A stretch of 43,625 nucleotides of DNA from Bigelowiella natans CCMP2755 (GCA_000320545.1 ADNK01001018.1:1-43625); one strand, 5' to 3'. Shown: positions 11,901 to 28,544, numbered from the stretch's first letter. Notes: generated from the letters alone by a model not told the origin. A program made the numbers and translations.

Positions 11901-13723
11901 ACGATGGCTTTCTTCTCTGAAAGAAGTCAATGACGCGGAAAGAAGATATCTGAAGCAAGTCGAAGAACAAAAAAAGGACAACCGATCTGTGAAGGACATG
12001 GATGACGTGGACATTTTGCTTCGAATCGGTGGTACAATCGAAGCCAAATGTGGAGTATCACCCACAAGAACAGGACAACTTGGACACCAGCCATGGAGAA
12101 AATCATATCGAGGAACGATAGTTGGAATAAGATTCTCTGGGACTCAAACATCTTATGATGTAAAATTTGAAGATGGTGAACGTGTTCCTGACGTAAAAAG
12201 GGGAGAGATCGTTTCCATCATATCGTCTTCTGGCGAGACACTTCAAATTCCAGGATCAGACGACTTACAGCCTTCTCAACAGGACAAATTGGCCATGCTA
12301 CAAGCAATGGGATTTTCAAAGTTAGCGTGTGTATATGCTTTAAGGCAAACTCACTGGAATATAGAACGCGCTGTCGACTTCATCACTACTCAGGTAGAGG
12401 CTATTGCTATGGTGGAACAACAGTTTTTGATATCTCAACATTCACTTCACGAGGAAGCAAAGAAGATACGCAAAGCTGGTATAAATAGGCGCCAGCCTGT
12501 AGTAGATGCAGAAAAACGCACATCCAAAGCTGAAGAAGAGTTTCGAGTAGTTTTGTCAAATCTGGGCTTGCCTGTTGGTATTATTTCTGAGATAAAGAAG
12601 AAAACCAAGACAAGTTCCAGATTATCACCCGTGGTTACTACTGAAGTAGCAGCAGCAAATCTTGAATCACCACGTGCAAGTCAGCAAGACCAGAAAAGAA
12701 AAACTAAGAAGACCGTTGATAATTCCACATCATCCTCTGGTAAACCACGTGAGGAGAAAATTAAGGAAGAACTAGAGTCATTGCTAGAAAAACTAATTTT
12801 CTGCCCTCATACCATGAGTTCACCATTCATTCTACACTTACAGCCCGATTTCTTTGACGAAGTTATCACCTTGTTGGAAACAATCTTCAACCCACTTCAA
12901 AGTAATAGCAGCAGCAGGACCACAACACCACGCAGCAAGGAGGACAAAGATGATGACGATAATGATAGTACAACAGAAAAGAAGAAGAAGAAGAAGAAGA
13001 AGAAGAAAACCTCCTCAGCAATTCTATCATTGATGACAATGGAACATCTTCGTTTTGTTGTAAGAAGCACTATGGCGTTGCTTAAATCACACTTAAATAA
13101 ACTTTGCATTACGTACGAAGCAAACGATGCAAAATTTCTCAAGTATGGTTTTGTACAACGATTAAGATCTTTATTAGTGCAATATGCGACGACGAACATT
13201 GAAGGTGATGGTGATACTCAAAGTATATGCGAGGCAAGTACACGAGCTATGATCTCTGGAATCGATATCCTGTATCCCACAACAGCAGAAAAACTTACTT
13301 TGCTTAAAGTCTACTTTCTTGGAGAAGAAGATCCCACTAACACTACCAGTAGTAGTGGCTCACCGAACAAAAGAATGTTTTTAAGTGAGTTGTTTGCCTG
13401 GTTTGCCGAAGGAACTGAAAAATATTTTTCCACGAAAAATGTACTACTTGCCAGCGATAGTATGAGTCGCCAGGAAAAGGAACAATTAGCTGTTGCTGCT
13501 GCTGCTGCTGCTACTACTACTACCAACACGACAACATCAATGGTCACAGCAGCAGCAGAAAGAAACCGAAAGCATGGTAATATCCTACAACACATCATAC
13601 GATATGGATGGGCTCCTGCTTGTCACGGCTCGAATTATTCGGCTGCTGCTTCTGCTACCAATGAGAGCGGTGGTGGTGGTAGTGGTACAATTGCTGCTGC
13701 TGCTAGTAGGAGTAGTAGTAGTG

Positions 13724-13755
<32 letters not shown>

Positions 13756-15181
13756 TTTGGAGACAGCAGCAGCAGCTTTCGGGATTTAATATCTTCCCTC
13801 ATACGATTTATCGATTCAAATCATCTTCAGTCTCGATATAGAATGGGTGCCGTGAAGTTTGTAGCCGCTATCTTGAAGGAGATCATTTTAACGGCTAATC
13901 TCTTAGACACCAATGATGTAGTAAGCAGAACTTCAAATGTAGTCGATGCAGTAGATGATAGTAAAACACTTACTGCTGGGGATCATCATCATCTATGTAA
14001 TAATTTGTTCTTTCTGATGAAAGAGATTCTAACTTCTGGAATTTCTAGCCTTAGAAGACTGTGCGACGACATGAAAGGTCGAGATCATCATCGATATTTC
14101 GGTAGACAGACTTCTTCAATTGCTGCTAATGAAAATGACAATACTACTTCAGTAGCAGCAGCAGCAGCAGCAGCAGATTTAACCAGGAATTTCTACTATG
14201 AGCAGCAGTCATCGTGTTTAAATTTAATGCCACCCTTATTAACGTTGTTCTTGTCACCAAACCTCTCTGTTTCAAGAAACCTTATGATCGTTGATGATCC
14301 TGTCCTCCAACTTTTACTCAATACCATCCAAGATGCGCTAAATATAACAACAAAGTTTGTCGAGTTATTTCCCTCTCAAAAAATAGTGGAGTCCCATTGC
14401 ATTGTGAAGGAGAAGAAGTACGATGACGAGGACAAAAAAATAGCAGCAGCGTCATCATCACGTGATGAGGATACCATGATTTCATTTAGTCATCGAATGG
14501 GTGGTAGTTCTAATAAGACATGTGTTTTGGAAAGTGGACACCCATATGGTTGTGGTAAAGGCATGTTCGTGAAGCATATTCATTTCCCTGGAGCGACAGC
14601 TATCAAACTGACGTTCGACAGAAGATGCTGTACCGAAGGCCAACCCGATCAACTCAAACTATACCAAGATCCAGAGAGAAAAAAACTTCTCCCTTATGGT
14701 CCATATTATGGTAATAAACTTGATGGAAATGGCAATTGGCCGATATCGCAGCAAGTCTTGATCTCAGGAGACTCGGTGACATTGAGCTTCGAAGCGCTAA
14801 CGAAGCCAGAAGCATTGCAAGATACGCAGCAGCAGGATGAAGAAGATAGTAAAGCCAGGTGGGGAATTCGGTGTGAAGCACAAGGACTTAAGATATACAA
14901 CCATACATGGTCTCTCTCTTTACTCGAATCCCTAGTAGAAGGTGGCGCTGCTCTAGCACACCGTTTGTTAAGAATGGATATTACGTCTTCTTCCTCACGA
15001 CAGGGAAGACAACAGATCGAACAAAACAAGCAGAATCATCCGTTGGATATAAGGCTTAAAAATTTATATAAAACTGCGAAATTGCCTTTGTTAAATAGAG
15101 GCCTTGCCATGTTCGATGATACAGAAAACACATTTTATCGTGATATAGAGACAACAACCCAAGAAAAGACGACGACTGCAA

Positions 15182-15220
<39 letters not shown>

Positions 15221-15619
15221 GAGGAGGTGGATTAGGAACTCACAACATAGTCGCCACCACCAAGCGGCAGCAGCAGCAGCAGCAGCAGCTTAACGATCTT
15301 CAAGTATTCCACAAACGTAGCAAAGATGCTGTTTCCTTCCTTCAGAAATTTGTTGTTGATGGTGATAAAAACGACATTCTAGGATGGAGTGGTAGTAGCA
15401 ACATCAGAGATGATCCTGTGCTTAAAATGTATGTGAAAAGGATGAAACCAGAACTTCGACAACTCTGGTTGCGCTCAGAGCGTGCAATTATTGCTGCGAT
15501 GATTCACCACAGTGGGCTTGCATTCGACATATATATTGCATCAAACCCCCCGCATATTCCAGGCGAAATTCACTACATCCCGTTGTTGGAAAAGCAGGTA
15601 ATTCAAAGACTTGGTATCC

Positions 15620-15653
<34 letters not shown>

Positions 15654-17733
15654 CATCAAATAGGCCAAATAATGCGTGATACTACTAATGCATGAGACAT
15701 TAATTTATGTTGAAATGTAGCTAAGATAAATGTGCTTATGAAGAATTAAAAAAATGAAAATTACTATTGTTATTGTTATTGTTATACCTATTTGACTCTC
15801 ACCTCCTCCTTTGCCAAGGTTCTAACGGAGCGAATTACTGCCATTCTGAAGTGCGCAATACTTACCCAGAGGAGTATGATACGACATGTTCAAGTACTAA
15901 AAAATTGGGAGATTATGGCATCAGAACCTGACGGGATTAAATTTAAAGACTTCATGGAAATGTACGTATCATCATTTTTGGCTCCAACGATGTGTGCTTA
16001 TTTGATGGCCCTTTACACATGATAACAAAGTTGACAGTGGTGATAATGAATACGATTTATCATCATCCTCGACGATGCTAATTGATAATGATTATCGTTA
16101 CAAATACTGCTTCCTCATTAACCGAAATAGACACCATTCATTGATGTATTCAGTCACTACAAGATTATTCATGATTCATCGTTTTAATAGTTATTGTTGT
16201 TATCATCATCATCATCATCATTTTTCACTCAGGTATTCGGACAATAAGAACTTTGTCGAGTGCCTATGCACGTATAAAGGGGTACCATTTGTTAACAAAG
16301 ATCTTAGAGCGACTACAAAGAAACTCTACAAAATATTGGAGGCTGAAAGGGGGGCACGAAGAAGCCATCATCATCATCATCATCTTAATGATCCTTGCTC
16401 TCAAGTACTCGCACGTATTGAATCTATGTGTGCAGTATTGTGCAGGTTTGAGTCTTTTTATAGATCAGCTGGGTCAAGTTCATATCGTCCAGTGTTATCG
16501 TCAAAGAACAATTATCACAAGATCGAAGCAAGAAGAAGAAGAAGAAGAAGTGTCAAAATGAATGATAAACAATCAGAGGCTGCTGTATTCACCAAGGACT
16601 GCGAGGACAACGACGACGATGACGAAGGGGATGACTACTTTGATGATGATGATGATGATGAGCAATTGCAAGATCTTGCTCTTAACAGAATTATGAGTGT
16701 TCCTGTGAAGAATCGGTTCACCCGACGAGTTAGTACTAGAAAACATCATGCAAGGGGAGAACGACGCAATGGTGCTACTGCTGCTACTGATGATAATAGT
16801 AGCAATCGTCAGGGTGGTGGTGGTGGTGGTGGTGGTGGCAACTACAACTACGATCACGATGATGATGATGATGGTGGAAGTGGAAACAATAACAACGACA
16901 ACGATGATGATGGAATTCTAGGCAAAAATAGCAGTATTTCGAAGAACAAAGATGATGCAGAACTACGTGAAGACGACAGAGAGGAGGAGGAAGTTGATGA
17001 TGATAAAATATATGATGCTGAAGAATCTTTACCACTGCGAAAAACATTCTCAGAGAGATACAGCTCTTCTACAACTCCATTTATGGTAAAAGACACCATC
17101 ATAATGACGATTCATACAGCATACTTCTCTCTCTGAACAAAACTACAAAAAACAAGACAGTAAAAATTTCGCATCATATTACGTTATCTCTATTATTTCT
17201 TTCCTCCTCCTAGCGTATGTGAAGAGCTTAGAACGAGAAATCTGAACAATTTTGATGATGATCCTCCTCAAGTGCTGCACGCAGCAGCCAATGATATATT
17301 TATGTCTACTACTACTACTACTACTACTACTATTACTACTACAGAACCCTAAATAATTATTATCAGTATACCTACATCCCTGACGTACTTACTATGTCTC
17401 TTCCTTTGTTAATAATAATACATGGTCTCTAGTCCACTCCTAAAGCTGTTCGTGGGCGCTTAGATCAACTACGTAAGTGGATAGACACATTTAGAAAATG
17501 GAAGGAATGGTCCACGCACGGCACTCAGCATTCTGACAAGAAAAAGCATCATCATATTTCTGATGAAGCTACCACACCATTCGATGCAATTCATAACATA
17601 CTTGTTCAAGGATGTGAACTCAAAGCAGATCAAATATTAGAGATAGCCCGAACTCACAATTTTAGAGCCAGAATGAGACAACTTGGTCTTTCTTGGTTAA
17701 CAAAATTAATTAGCATGCACGGAGGTAGTAGTG

Positions 17734-17767
<34 letters not shown>

Positions 17768-20401
17768 CAGCAGCAGCAGTACTACTTCATCAACTACCAC
17801 CACCAGCACCAACAGCACCATTGTATCAGCTTTGGTGACTCCGATCCTTCTGGCGGTGCCTGTTGATGCATTAAATGAGATTCGGAACGACATCAATCAT
17901 CACGGACAAAGCTTTAGGGATGATGGCCTTCAACTAGAAAATATTGATAATAATAATAATAATAATAATAGTGGAGGAGGTACCGTTGCTTCAGTATCAT
18001 CAGTATCACCTACTACTAGTTTTGTTCTTTGTGGACTTGAACTTGCCAATAACATTGAACGGATGACGGTGATAACCGCATTTCGAGGTTTCCTATCTCA
18101 AGTTGGTCAGATAATAAGCAATAATTCCAATCGTCGTCTTTCTCCCCCTTCTTCTTCTTCTCCTCCTCTTTCGAAGAAGAAAAAGCAGCTTCTCTTTGAA
18201 AAACAATTGCCATATTTGCAGCAGCATCATCATCATCATCATCATCATCATTATCAATGTCAGCATCCACTCTCACTTTCACATGAATTAGCGGTTCAAC
18301 AGATACTTGCAATGCCGTTACAAGTTGCTAGAAATGAACTGGTATTTGTAGATATTCAGAGAAATTGTTTCGACCAAGTTGTTAATAGTATACAAAACCA
18401 CCTCTCAATGATTGCTGGTGGAGGAGGAGGAGGAAGAGGAGGAGAAGGAGAAGGAGTAAGGAAATCGTCAATGGGGGCCTCCAAAACATTAACAGCATTA
18501 TCTTCAAAATTATCTTCCTCTCCTTCCTCGCGACGATCATCATCATCTTGTGATGTGAAGGGAGCAGACGAAGAATACGCTGATGTCAAGCAAAAGAGCG
18601 ACAAGTTTCCTGTTACTACTACTACTGCTGCTGCTGCTGCTGGTAGCACAGTAGCAAGCACTCGTCCCCCTCCTTCTTCCCCTACTACTGGTACTACCAC
18701 TACTACTATTCCCCCTCCTCCTTCCCCTACTACTGGTACTACCACTACTACTACTACCTTCTCACAGCAGCAGCAGACCTTCTTCTCATTGCAAACGGTA
18801 CGAAGCTTGGGACCGCTACTAGAATTTGCGAAGAGAATTCTAATATTTGAGAATGGAGACAGGGCTATAAGTAGTAGTAGTAGTAGTAGTAGTAGTAGAT
18901 TATTGGGGAGTCATCAACATCAACAACAACACATTACAAGGCAGCTCAATACGCTTAAAGCTCATCTAGTGAAAAAGATAGCAAATCTCCTTTTAGATTC
19001 TGTGAGAGTGGCAGTAGTCTTTACTGCTGCTCCTGGCTCTTCCAATAAAAAGTTAGATGTTGATGATGATGTTGGCACACACGAGGAGAAAGAGGAGGAG
19101 GAGAACACCAGTACCAACAGCGAGATCTCGACAAAGATTTTAAGCATGATGTTGGAATTTTTTAGAGATCTCACCGATTCTATTCAGTACGACAGCAATA
19201 GAATGCAAGCCAAAATATATTTATCTAAGAGTGTCTGCTTGGAAGTATCATGTGCTATTCTTGCGATAATTGTCAATGGACTTCAATTGGAAAATTATAG
19301 TTGTTTCCCTCCTCTATTTGTACATCACGCATCCCACATAGCTCGTATTTTCTGGCCAGAATGCAGGCATAAAAGATTACTCCTCCGTTTCAACCAAGTT
19401 TTCCCTGAATTATCATCATCTGCTGCTTCTTCTTCTGATCTTCTTCGACGGTCCGATGATATTCTTCAATACCTGATCACAGAAATTGGCAGACTGGAAT
19501 CTTCGGTCTACAAACCATCTCGCAAGAAAGGGAGGGGGGAAATCTCGAAACAGGGCAAATATTATGGAGTTGATGACGATGACAGAGATAAAGACGACGA
19601 CGATAACAACGATGATAAGGATGGTGATAAAAAAGATGGTGGTGATGATGTAAAATCCAAGATACCGACTGATTCTAACTATCAGAACCCGTATAATTAT
19701 TACGTAGTTCTTCATAGATCAAAGAATGCTGAAGAAACACTTGACGAAGAACAACTATATAGCCTTCTGTCAGATTTTGATTTACCACCTGGAGTTCGTT
19801 GGATTTCTTCGTCAAAGCAGCATAAGTTCCCAAAAGATAGAAAGAGTAGCAGTAGCACCACCACCACCAGAGTAGAGCAAGATTGTTACAATCTACGAGT
19901 TAAGCTTTATCGACAGAGATGTAAATGGCGGAGTGGATCCCTTAATTCAGTCTATGTCTTCAATAACTCTTGTTCTGCTAAAGGTTTAGACGTATCTGCT
20001 AAGTCATCATCATCATCCTCTTCTTATTCTTATTCTTCGTCGTTGTCATCATCGAAGTCCAACACCACCACCACAACCAACCACTGTAGTTTTCGTGTAG
20101 ACGCTCGCGTTACTGGAGGAGGGAAATGGTATTTCGAAGTAGAAGTGTTGAACAATACGTGCACCTCATTACGCGTAGGCTGGGGTACAAATCGATTTTC
20201 TCCAAGATCTCAAAAGCATGCTGCAGGGTGAGGAGGAGTAGTAATATGTTGTAACAACTAAATGTCAAACAAAAGAAGAAGGAGAAGAAGAAGAAGGAAT
20301 AGTAGACCTGTTCAACAGTAGATTGCCCCACACTCCCCATGTGAGACAGCAATACCCTTCACCCTACAACCAACAGTGTGAAGAGGAGGAGAGTAGTATT
20401 T

Positions 20402-20432
<31 letters not shown>

Positions 20433-20643
20433 CAACAGCAGATCTCTCCTTTGCTAACAACTATATGCTACATCATAAAGGAGCGCTTGATCACAGTAGT
20501 GTTTGAGAACACCATATATGATGAAATGTGATTCAACTAGTACTGAATAATATAATTGGTTGCAGTAGAACTGGTTACCTATACAATTATATCGTTTTGC
20601 ATCTTCGTAGCGGTGGTGTTTGTTGTTATTCGGTTGAGTCACC

Positions 20644-20674
<31 letters not shown>

Positions 20675-21863
20675 CCATTATCTTTTCAGTGATGATCGGA
20701 ATTCGTGGGTATTTGACGTCAAAACGGGATTGAAACTTCACAATGGTGAATCTGAAATGTACTATGGGCAGCAGCAGCAGCAGCAACAACAACAACAGCT
20801 TCCCAGTGTTACAACTCCTACTACGACTAGTACAGGAGGATCTGGGAGGAAGATTATCAAGGGAGATATTATAGGGTGGGTAGCACACAGCACAGCACAG
20901 CACAGCACAGCATGATGATGATGATGATGATGATGCTGATGATGATGATCAAGTTGTTAATATAGTAGTTGGATGCTCCTTTTTCAATCTGATCTCGTGT
21001 TTCTTTATCCCACTACTTATTGATTGTTTAGGTGTCGGTTTGATGTGAAGAAGGGACGTATTTCATATTTTTTGAATTCCAAACCACTAGGGATTGCATT
21101 TGATGGCATCGTCAAGCCTCATCATCTAGCTGGAAGGAGTGGTGGTGGTGGTGGTGGTGGTGGTGGTGGTGGTTGCTGTTTTTATCCTGTTATAAGCCTT
21201 TCCCCTGGTGGCTCACGTGTGCGCGTACACCTTCATCACAAGAAATTTAAATCAAGACCTGATAGCTGGGGTGCATACCACTACCCCCTTGCTGGAGATT
21301 CCAGCAAGTTAGTGTTGTACCGTCCGACACTTGCAACGTATCAAGCACGTGATATCGTCAAGGCAATGCAAGAGAATGATAATGATGATGATGATGATGA
21401 TGGGAATAATAATAATAATAATCATCATCATCATCCTTTTATTTCTATTGCAATAGGATCTCAAAGTCAATGTATTGAGATTTGTGAGAGATTACAGCAG
21501 CGTGCAAGTGGTTCAGGTCTGTTGAACAATGAAAAGCTTCTTGTTACTGTCATACCAAGGAGCTTGCTGCAAGTTCTTCAACACTTGTCAGTAGATCCAA
21601 CAACAACAACTACAACAACAACAAGCAGCGCTAAGTCGTCGTCTACTATTTCCCCGTCATCATCACTTCCATCATCACCTACTGCTAAAGCAAGAAGAAT
21701 TATATGGCCAAATCTACAACGAGGGATTGTATCGGATATCGTTGCCTTGTGTCGTTATTTTCTTGGTAGCAGTACAAGTGCTAGTAGTAGTACTACTAGT
21801 AATAGTAGTGTTATCACCACCACCAATGGAAACAACATCATCGATGATAATATCACCACCGCC

Positions 21864-21895
<32 letters not shown>

Positions 21896-22587
21896 GGCTC
21901 GTAGTCTGGGAGGATCATGCAGTCACATGTGGAAGAAACAGATGAAAAATCTTCTGAATTCAATTTTGTGTAGTATCAGTTACAAAGTTGTTGGAGGTGG
22001 TGGAGAATATAGTACTCCTCCTCCAGAGGACTACTGTACTCTCTTAGGGGCATTGACGGTGTCAGGGGGACTTACTGAAGTGATACGTATTGGAGGATAT
22101 GTTCGAATCTTGCCAAATATTACTACTACTGATGACGACACATCAGAACAAGTGTCCGGTTCTATTGGAATTATGAAGGAGGTATTATATGAACGTGGAC
22201 GAGGAGCTGTGGGTTTGATTCAAGTCAATGGTGGGTTTCCATCATCCTCCTCCTTCTCTACCTCATCTTCATCATCAAGAACAACAACACAAAGATTCAT
22301 GTTGTCGTCTGTGGAGGCAGTTCCAGAATTTGAATTATCTCTCAAAGAATTTGAACTTTCTCCGCAAGTTTTTGCAGCTCTCCATGCACTGATAACAACC
22401 CAGAGAAAGTGTGATGTTGAAAAAGAAACCTCACCATTTATTAGTTCAGATTTCATATCATTAGTAGCGTATTCAGAGCTACAATGGCGTGCAGTTGCTA
22501 TGATCCAATCATTGATTTCGAAGACGTATAAGACGAAATCGATGATGTTCACTGCTGCAAAGTTTACTGATGCCTCTATAACTACTG

Positions 22588-22620
<33 letters not shown>

Positions 22621-25600
22621 GTAGTAGTATTGGTAGTGGTAGTGAACAAAGGCAGCAGCAGCACGTTAGTTTCCTCGATAAAGCAGTATTTAACAGCATG
22701 GTGGCACTTATGCTGGACTTAGCTAAGAAATCTACACCGGAAGCTCGACTGGATATAACACGAAGTATGTACTTCCAAATTCGTGATAGGATCTGGTGGA
22801 TGGACCATCAAGTAGAGACGCGCTTGCAAGCAAGAGATACCATTGTAATCGAGGCTGCCGGGGGAAAGATCTTCGTGCAAGATGACGTCAACGACGACGA
22901 TCAGTATGGAGGAGGAGGAGGAAGAGTAACATCTGCCAAAGCAGCACCAGAAAAGAAGTCTCGTGAAAAAAAACAACAGCGGCCATTCAAGAAGACAACA
23001 TGGAAGTATAGTGCAAGTAGACTGGTTCGTTACAAACAAGGGTTGTGTCTAGGTGGTGGTGGTGGAAGTAGTAGTAGTAGCGACGAAGAGATATCGCGAA
23101 AACGATTGCTTCAACATTGGGAGCGACATATTATTCCATCAGTTCAACGCCTAATATCCGGTAATCTAAGAGAATATCAGGTAGTGGATTTTATAGAGCA
23201 GGTTAGAGTGCAATTACGAAGAGGAGATTCTACAAGGGCAATAGGAACGATTCTTGCAGTATGTGGTAACCATTGTCCAGATGGGATAGTATTTCCTTCT
23301 TCGAATCACAACTGGCTGTTGCTTAATGATTTAGATGTTCAAGTAGGCGATCTCGTTTGTATTGATTCTAGTATTAAAAATGGGCTACCTGGCTCTTCAA
23401 CGTCTCACTGGAATCCTAAAATGCTTCGCCATATTGGCCAACAAGCGAGAGTCTTATGCATACTTCCTTTCAACCATGTAAAAGCCAGATACAACCGTGC
23501 TGAGGAGGCTTTGGCTTTGATTCAAGTCTATGATCTTAGGGTAGCTACTATGAGTCATTTATGGGTACCAATTTCCAATCTCAACTTGATTAACGCTAAT
23601 AATCAAGGGAAGAAGATGAAATCTTCTTCGTGGCTCGTTAAACCACCCGATTTGACTGATCCATTCAGCAGTTACTCTCACGGTAGGACAAAGAAGGATG
23701 ATGCGCATACTTTTTATACCCTAAAGCAGCATGGAGACGCTATGACGAATCTATTAGCAAGACGTGCATTGTTTGAGGTTATCAGCAGATCAACACCTAG
23801 TTTCTTCTTCGAAACCCAAGTGATGTCGTCACTTTCGTCGAGTAGTAGTAGTAGAGTAATAGAAGAAGACGTTATTAAGAACAACATAATGCCCATGATC
23901 CAGTTAGCTGTGGCTGAAGGGCTCAATTTACACTCCTCTTCGCTGTCAGCCCTTGGTCGAGCAAAACCCACGTATTTAACTGCTGTTCAAAGAGTAGAAA
24001 ATAATCTAATATATCTTCTTGATAATAGTTTGCGGAACAGTTGTCCTACTTCTCGTAGATTGATATTAGCTTCTATTCAGAGTCTTTTAGAGGATGCAAT
24101 GAGCAGTGAAAGTACTACTACTACTAGTAGTAGTAGTTTTGCTGGTTGCTACAAAGATTATCTTCTTTCCCCTCATCGTCATCGATGCAAGTGTATACGA
24201 GCGCCGAATGCCGCTGCTATGATCTTGATGTTTTCAGATGATACTGATATTCCTTCTCGATGTACACTAGAGATATTCAAAGACCCCGAGTGCCAAGAGC
24301 TTATTCAAAAATATGGTGGTGGTGATGGTGATGGTGATGGTTCTGCCATCCAACCCGTAGTTGACCAAATCATGTTTCCTGTTGTGGTTCCGAGCTCCCA
24401 ATGCTTCTTGCGTGTGAAAAAACAGCCTCACTCAAACTCTACTGCAGCAGTCAAGTGTACACTACGAATGGTACCTATTCGTCCTTCCCTCGGTATTGCA
24501 TTGTGGCTAATCTACTTGATGTGCTCATCAAAGGATGGTGATGATGATGATTTAAATATGAGAAGAAGAAGAAGAAGAAGAAGAAGAGATAGGCTCTCTA
24601 TTGTCCAGACAATTATCAGTACTTTCAATCTTAGCAGTATGGAACCGTCTCCACTCAAGGAGATTGCCTTGGTTCTTATATCATCATTGTTGGAAAGTAT
24701 ACTCGTACTATCCACTAATAATAATACAGCTTCAATTCTTTCACTGTCGGCAAACGATGTAACGGAAGAGTCGGAGAGGAAGACGACACTACAGTTACAA
24801 AACGAAATACTTGGCAAAATACATAATAGCTTGTACGGAGAGATGCTTATCCTATACGATTCTGAGAAATCCAGGGGGGGGCTATGGATTTCATCTTACA
24901 TGCAAAATCTAGTGCATACGATGATTATGGTTGACATGTTACGTCCAAAAGAGCAACAAATTGTCCAGAAGCTTCAAATACGAACCCTCTTAAGTAGTAG
25001 TAGTAGTAGTAGTAGTAGTGCCGCATTTTCGTTTTCTGTTTCTTCAAAGAAAGTCTCGAACAAAATCTCAGTTTGGCAGTGTGCTTATTGCACCCTTGAG
25101 AATCCTTTACAAGCTGTACGCTGTGTTGCATGTCTAAGACCCAAAAAGGTTTTAGAGGGTAGTAGTAATAGTAGTAGTGTTTCGACGACGACAGGAGATA
25201 CGAAGAAGAACAAGAGTAAAAAGCAGCAGCAGCAGCAGCAGCATAAATTGACGGGCAAAAGTGGTAGTGACATGTTCCATGATATGCGGATATTGTGTGA
25301 TCTTATGTATGCTCTACCCTGCCAAGAGAAAGTGGGACTAAACTCAACCAACAGTCACGTAGTCCGACAGTTAGTGGAAGCTTGCTGGAAAGAAACAACT
25401 ACAACCTTGAAGAAGAAGAAGAGGGAGGGGGTAAACAACAGCTATTTACAACGAATGGTTCTTCTTCGAAACATTCCCCACGTTGTAAATTCAGTAGTAT
25501 CACCATCATCTTCATTACACAAAGCAGCATGCAACGACGACGACGATGACAACATTGTACGAGAGCTGATAAAGAATATAATTGCGCCCCCCTCGTCATC

Positions 25601-25983
25601 AGCTAGCATAGGCGCTGTTATTCTTCCCCAGATTTCGGTTGGATCATATCACCCAAATTGTGATACTTCACAGCAGCAGCAGCAGCAGAAGAAGAAGAAG
25701 CCTGGTCATGATGACGACGATGATGATAATGATGATGATAAGGATAATAATAAGAAATGCCTTCGCATGGATCATCATCGCATTTGGCGTTCAGATCCAA
25801 GACGTGAAGAGTTTGATGAGGGTATCCTTTACTATCTTGGCACTAAAGATGCTGCTGCTGCTGATAATGATGATGAGCATGCTGATGATAAAAAAGGAGA
25901 AGCTAGCAGCAGGAGCACTGGAGCAACAACAACAACAAGATCAGGAACAGCAATTTCTAAAGCAGAGTCTGAAAATCCAAAAG

Positions 25984-26017
<34 letters not shown>

Positions 26018-28456
26018 GGTACAGATAACCACATCAGATCTTGCTACCTACTCGTATCCACCAAATGCCGCGCTCTTGGGGGGAGGGAGAAGGACGTATC
26101 AAAATTCCGTGTGTACAAAGAACAAACCAAATTCGTGGATCATGATCAATCTGAAAAACAACGAAGAAACTTCTTACGTTGTTTTAACGGTAAAATTTAG
26201 GTCCACAATTTTCATGCCTGCTATGATATTGTTTGATAAATTTTATTTCCATCTTTCTCTCCTCCCTCACCCCATTCCCTTGAGTGTGTGTGTGTGGGTT
26301 GTGTGTGTAAGTCAATGGTCATGAGCGCCTATCGATCACCATCCATCCATCCATCCATCCATGAACACTGACTCATTATCCATCCATCCATCCATCAATC
26401 CACCCATCCATGAACACTGACGCATCATTCACTGTGTTCTTTTTAACGTCTTGTCTTCTTGCCTTGAATTGCTGCTACTACTACTACTACTTGCAAAGGG
26501 TTATAGCATTATTGTCGAGAAACGTAGTCATCCTCGCAGCTGGCGTCTTGAAGGATCACTCGATGGCTCTCAGTGGACATTGATAAAAGAACACAAACGA
26601 GAGGATCACACGGCATTTCAACCTTTTGATAGTCATCGTAGTAGTAGTAGTAGTAGTAGTAGTAAGTAACGACGACAACAAGGAAGAGAAAGAAGGAGAC
26701 ATAAAAGTGAACAACAGCATAAGCAGCAGGTATGTATGGTATGGTATGATATGATATGATATCATATGATAGAGCGGACAATGAATAGACTATAGTATGG
26801 TATGATAGGTAATGTATGATATGATATGATATGATAGGTAGAACAATATATAGACTATGGTATATGGTATGATAGTTATGTACGGTATAATATGATATGA
26901 TATAGGTAGGATAATGAGTAGGCTCTACTACTACTACTACTACTACTACTACTGCTGCTACTACTCACCACCAATATAATACTCTATTATTACACTAGTT
27001 TCACGATGATGTCTCCTGTATCACCATCATCATCATCATCATCATCATCATTTTTATATCAAAAGTGGTAGTTGTAGTTAGGAAGATATTATGATAATGA
27101 TGGGGATAATGACGATTTGCCACCATCATCACAGCTTATTCACTCCATTATCATCGTAACAAAAGGAGTGATAAAGAGGAGGAGGATATCGATGGTGATG
27201 ATGAGGTGAAGGCGAAAAAAGCAAAAGAAGTAGCACCAAAAGTATTACTATGTCGTGGTCATTGGAGTTTGGCGCACAACAACCACCACCACCACCACCA
27301 TCATCATCATCAGCATCATCATAATGACGAGAAGAAGGGTAGGAAACAGCATTCTTCTCGTTCTTCACTGTCCGGATTCTCTTATATTCGTCTTATGGTT
27401 ACGGGGACTGATGCTTCTGGCAGATGGGGGCTGGTAATACATCTTCTAATCCTCCTCTTCCTCGTTTGTATCTTCCTCCTCTTCCTTCGCCTTGGCCATA
27501 GAGTTCTTATTGACACTTCCATGAAGAATAACATAAGAAACTCCATCAAGCAGCTTATATATTATTTCGAAGAATCATGATGTTTTCCGATAATGCTTTT
27601 CATCACAGTGAGAGTATGATATTTCTCGCTCATTATTACTATCACCATCACCGTTATCATAATCATCATCAGCATCAATATCAGTATCATCATTTATCAC
27701 ACATAATACAACATACGTAAGTCATAGTACATGATACGTTTTCTCCTTTTCTTCTTCTCGTAGAATGGATTAAGAGGATTGGAGTTATTCGGTGTGATAG
27801 GGGATCATTCTCTCAGGGAAATACCTAAACCTGTGAGTACTAGTCACTTTATGATAATAATAAAGAGTATAGAAATACATCACCTGTTGGTCTCTCAGCG
27901 GTTGCAAATTACATGCAATGAATGTGCAAGATGAATGTAATATGATTCTTCCTTTCTTTCTCTCTTAGATAAAAACAGAGAGATTTGCCATCCTACAAGT
28001 AAGCAGCTCAGAGCACATTGAAAAAGTTATAAAGGCTTTTGACAAAAAAGAAGTCGATACGTTGTTACTGGGTAGTAGTAGTAGTAGTAATAATAATAGC
28101 AGTGGTGGTACTGCTGGTATGATGAGGAGCTGCTTTCCACGGGTAATAACAACTGAGAATAGTAGTAATAATATGGTTGATAATGATGATGATGATGATG
28201 AGAATCAGAATTATATCATATCTGAATCATATACACACCACCACCACCATCACCACCACCACTACAATAACATGGATATTACGGTAATGCATGATGAGAA
28301 TGGGAGGAAGAAAAAGGGAGAGAAGGGGGAAATCCATTCATTCTTCCTCACCCACCAATGGAAGAAACCACTAAAATATTCTACCTACTACTACGGAGGG
28401 GATAGAGGAAGAAGAACAAGGGAAAAAGAGGGGATTATTTCTGCAGTGATGTATAA

Positions 28457-28496
<40 letters not shown>

Positions 28497-28508
28497 GTGA
28501 TTGTTGTA

Positions 28509-28544
<36 letters not shown>

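Noticed and set aside
17086-17432. Apparent frameshift or stop in the HECT gene at the first AG (17212)
   Set aside because: A downstream acceptor at 17432 restores the frame with a canonical GT-AG intron.
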